Shown here: piece by piece, positions 14,935 to 17,882 of the stretch
How positions within the stretch are numbered: position 1 is the stretch's first letter
How the letters are laid out: every line of letters begins with the position of its first letter
DNA from: Chloroflexota bacterium
Lineage (GTDB): Bacteria; Chloroflexota; Dehalococcoidia; UBA2979
Assembly (NCBI GenBank): GCA_027593235.1
Contig: JAQCIU010000050.1
Coordinates: 1-17,882 of the forward strand
DNA length: 17,882 nucleotides
Direction of reading: 5' to 3'
Translations under genes and position numbers: made by a program
Notes under the pieces: model-generated
Database searches by the model: none
Told to the model about the DNA's origin: nothing
Seen by the model: only the letters and a program-made list of their open reading frames with translations

Positions 14935-17154
14935 TTGGCTTCGAGGGATCCCGGTGCCCCGCTCCACGGTCTGCGTGTGCTCGCGGTCGGACATGACGTG
15001 GCCACGCGCTTCGCAAGCTGGTGGCTGTCAGAGTGCGGAGCGGACGTGGCGACATACCACCCGGGGTGGGTCCCAGCGGGAGACGACGATCCCGACATGG
15101 TCTTCGAACACCAGGTGGCGCGTGCAGTCAGGCAGGCTGAGTTCGCCGCTGACCTTCCGTACCAAGCGGTGCTTGGCGATGCGGATGCGCTGGAGCGCTT
15201 GACGCCGGGACTGCCGTCCACGCTCGTCGCCGACGCCTCGACGGTCGAGATCACCAGTCCGCTGGGAACGGGCGAAAGCTTTGCTGAGACACTCGTCAGT
15301 GATATGGCGCTTTGGGCACGCTCCGGCCTTGGCTACCTCACTCGCGAGGTTGTCGAGGACTACCGGCTCGGCGCCCCTTGCCTCCCGCTCAACCGGCAGC
15401 CCAGCCTCCTCGCCGGGCTTGCGGCAGCGACAGCGGCCGCGGCTCTCGCGATCGACCGGTCGCGCGGTGGAGTGGCGCGTCGCCTCACCGTCGACAAGCT
15501 GGAGTTGTTGGCTCTCCTTCCGATGCAGCCAGTTGCCTTCGCTCAGATCGGCGACAGAATCGTGGGACGGGAGGCCGGACCGGTGTATCCCGGCGGGACG
15601 ATGCCGTCAGCCGACGGGCTGGTATACGTGCGACCCGTCGAGCCTTCGCACTGGGCGCGGCTGTTCGAGATGGTTGACGGGCTCGGATGGGCGTCGACGC
15701 AGATCGAGTCCGCTCCGCAGTTGCTCCTCGAGGCGTACGAGGAACTGGATGCCCGACTGCGAGACTGGGCGCTCGATCGCACGACGGACGAGCTGGTCGA
15801 TGCATGCCAGGCCGCTCACATCCCTGTGGCAAGGATCGTGAGTCCCGAGGCTGCAGTCAGAAGCAAGCACTTGGACGCGCGGAGCTTCTTTCGGAAGCCG
15901 GCCGACGGCGGAGGCCTGAACCTTCCGTGGCGTGCGACTGTGGGAGCGCCGTCGTCGACTCATCCGCGCGCGACCAGGCAGAGTGTACGTTCGCGAGGCG
16001 AGCTCCTCCCGCTGTCCGGGCTCCGCGTCCTCGATCTCACCTGGGCCTGGGCTGGTCCGTTCGCCACCACGATGCTCGCCGACCTCGGCGCGGAGGTCGT
16101 GAACATCGAGTGGCATCCGCGCGCGAGCAACCTGAGGCGCAACCCGCCCTATGCCGGCGGTCGCGATGCCTCGAACAACACCGCAGGCTGGTGGAGTGCG
16201 AACCAGCGCGGGAAACTCAGCGTGGGTGTCAACATGAAGACCGCGGGCGGAAACCAGGTCATCCGAGACCTGGCTGCCTGCTCCGACATCGTCGTGGAGA
16301 ACTTCTCTCCCGGTGTGGTGTCTCGACTTGGGGTGGGCTACGAGGACCTGATCAAGGTGAACTCCCGCCTGGTCTACGCGTCCCTATCTGCGTTTGGGCA
16401 GACAGGCCCCTATTCGCACTACGTCGGATACGGGACCCAACTCTACGCGGAGTCCGGCGCCGGCTTCGCGACGAGCCACGACGGGGAGACCTACTCTTCG
16501 ATGTGGATCCCGTACCCCGACCCGGTGAGCGGTCTGGCCGGAGCCTTCGCGATAGCCGCATACGCACGCAGCGCGCTCGCCACCGGCCGCTCCGCCTACC
16601 TCGACGTGTCGGAGCTCGAGAGTCTTTCCTGCATCCTGCTGGAGCCAATGCTCTCGGCTCTCGAACGAGAAGGGGGTAGCGATGGTGGGTCGCGGAAAGC
16701 TCACAGCTACGTGGTAGTCGAGGTGTCGCCGGCGCGTTTCGTCGCCCTGCTTGCGCGGGATCCGAGCGAACGCGAACGCATCGCCAGATCGCTAGACGCA
16801 GAGGACTTCTCAACAGAAGCGATTCGACGAGCCGCGGCGGGGATCTCGGCGGAGCAGCTTCTCACGCGCCTCGGCGAGCTGGGGTTCGTCGCCGTCCCGG
16901 TCCACGACAGCGAAGATTGCGTGTCGGACCCATATCTCCAAGAGCGAGGGTTCTGGATCCGCGACCAGTCACCCGAGATCGCACCCTCGGGTACTCGGAT
17001 CGGTGGAGCGCCATGGATCCTCGACGGTGATCGTGCTCCCATCTGGCGCGGCGCTCCACCGCTGTTTGGTGACACACGAGACGTACTCGAGCGTGTGACC
17101 GGGTACGACGCTGCGACCATCGACCAGCTGTTCGACGTCGGAGCGGTAAGCTAG
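14935..17154 (+). CDS. Fused two-domain class III CoA-transferase (CaiB/BaiF family) with degenerate N-terminal domain, 739 aa
   Basis: Eroded N-domain LHGLRVLAVG...CGADV. Intact C-domain PLSGLRVLDLTWAWAGPFATTMLADLGAEV, NQRGKLS, DIVVENFSPG, YASLSAFGQTGP, catalytic Asp in IPYPDPVSG (Asp529, codon 16519-16521) and APPLFGDTRDVL. TTG start preceded by AGGAG overlapping the permease stop. Confidence 0.92.
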   Translation: MASRDPGAPLHGLRVLAVGHDVATRFASWWLSECGADVATYHPGWVPAGDDDPDMVFEHQVARAVRQAEFAADLPYQAVLGDADALERLTPGLPSTLVADASTVEITSPLGTGESFAETLVSDMALWARSGLGYLTREVVEDYRLGAPCLPLNRQPSLLAGLAAATAAAALAIDRSRGGVARRLTVDKLELLALLPMQPVAFAQIGDRIVGREAGPVYPGGTMPSADGLVYVRPVEPSHWARLFEMVDGLGWASTQIESAPQLLLEAYEELDARLRDWALDRTTDELVDACQAAHIPVARIVSPEAAVRSKHLDARSFFRKPADGGGLNLPWRATVGAPSSTHPRATRQSVRSRGELLPLSGLRVLDLTWAWAGPFATTMLADLGAEVVNIEWHPRASNLRRNPPYAGGRDASNNTAGWWSANQRGKLSVGVNMKTAGGNQVIRDLAACSDIVVENFSPGVVSRLGVGYEDLIKVNSRLVYASLSAFGQTGPYSHYVGYGTQLYAESGAGFATSHDGETYSSMWIPYPDPVSGLAGAFAIAAYARSALATGRSAYLDVSELESLSCILLEPMLSALEREGGSDGGSRKAHSYVVVEVSPARFVALLARDPSERERIARSLDAEDFSTEAIRRAAAGISAEQLLTRLGELGFVAVPVHDSEDCVSDPYLQERGFWIRDQSPEIAPSGTRIGGAPWILDGDRAPIWRGAPPLFGDTRDVLERVTGYDAATIDQLFDVGAVS

Positions 17155-17228
17155 AGGACCAGTACCGCAGGATCTGGCGGTGGTCTCTAGTCGCTACTTC
17201 AAGACCCCGAGTGCGGCAGGCAGTCGTA

Positions 17229-17440
17229 CGCGAGCGGCTGCGGGAGCTGGAACGCGATAACCGCGAGCTCCGACGCGCTAACGAGATGTTGAATGCACCT
17301 CAGCTTTCGTCGCGGGAGTTCGACGCGCGACCACCGGAGTGCCCCGCATCATCGGGCCCCACCGACAGCGTTTCGGGGTCGAGCCGCTCTGCCGGGAGCT
17401 GCAGGTCGCCCCGTTGACGTACTACGCCGTACGGAAGCGG
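17229..17440 (+). pseudogene. Decayed IS3-family insertion sequence fragment (orfA C-terminus plus orfB N-terminus)
   Basis: RERLRELERDNRELRRANEML...REFDARPP resembles the IS3 OrfA leucine-zipper end, with SAFVA displaced into another frame. In the -1 frame, HRQRFGVEPLCRELQVAPLTYYA resembles the OrfB start. No DDE domain and no terminal repeats seen. Confidence 0.8.
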
Positions 17441-17606
17441 ACCTCGAAGGGTACACGGCGGGCATCGGCCGGCATGGGGCGCCGCCACCGTCTCGTCCGG
17501 CCCGTGTTCGTACAGAACCGGGTGTGGGACCACAAAACTCGGATCGCACTGATTTGACTGCTGTTTGCTGAGCGGCAAGCCTCCTGTTCCGACCAGGAGG
17601 TGAAAC

Positions 17607-17882
17607 GTGCTCGCATACCTTCGTCCGTGGATTCCGGTCTGGTCAGGTTGGTTTCGCGGCAGACGAGACCTCGTGCTCGAGAACGCGGCACTGCGGCAGC
17701 AGCTGGCGATGTACGAGCGGCGACGACCTCAGATTCGCGATGCAGACCGCTGGTTCCTGGCGGCCCTGATCCACCTCTGGCCAGGCTGGCGAAATGCCGT
17801 GGTCGTGGTGCCTCCCGACACCGTGGTGCGGTGGCACCGCAGCGCGTGGCGTCGTTATTGGACCTGGCGCAGCCGAGGACCT
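17607..17882 (+). mobile_element. 5' part of an integrase-core-domain (rve-type) transposase, truncated by the window end
   Basis: Absent from the ORF track because it has no stop codon. AGGAGGT at 17595-17601, then GTG 17607, encoding MLAYLRPWIPVWSGWFRGRRDLVLENAALRQQLAMYERRRPQIRDADRWFLAALIHLWPGWRNAVVVVPPDTVVRWHRSAWRRYWTWRSRGP. LVLENxALRQQL and P(D/E)TVVRWHR are typical N-terminal signatures of these transposases. The catalytic domain is outside the window. Confidence 0.8.

Noticed and set aside
17643-17837. 64-aa minus-strand ORF
   Set aside because: Antisense shadow of the plus-strand transposase, which has the RBS and the family motifs.
1-17882. CRISPR array, tandem repeat array, rRNA/tRNA or defence system
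   Set aside because: No regularly spaced repeats, RNA gene signatures, or nuclease/RT/defence domains were seen on either strand by manual reading.

Overview
High-GC bacterial DNA. The Tat-lipoprotein solute-binding protein with an 'NYW...SRR' leader suggests Chloroflexota/Dehalococcoidia (inference). The window holds an organic-acid catabolic cluster built from two similar modules. The left module is a fused two-domain class III (CaiB/BaiF) CoA-transferase followed by a single-chain biotin-dependent acyl-CoA carboxylase (BC-BCCP-CT, LCC type). The right module is a second, convergent paralogous single-chain carboxylase, a divergent Crp/Fnr regulator, a family-5 ABC importer (binding protein plus two permeases, no ATPase) and a second fused two-domain CoA-transferase. 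Both CoA-transferases keep the catalytic Asp only in the C-terminal domain. Codon usage shifts at the junction of the two carboxylases. The cluster ends in a decayed IS3 fragment and the 5' part of an integrase-core-type transposase that runs off the window. The first 740 bp are mostly non-coding, with several hairpins and palindromes. The best candidate for an undescribed system is an uptake, CoA-activation and carboxylation pathway using twin single-chain carboxylases on an unknown acid.
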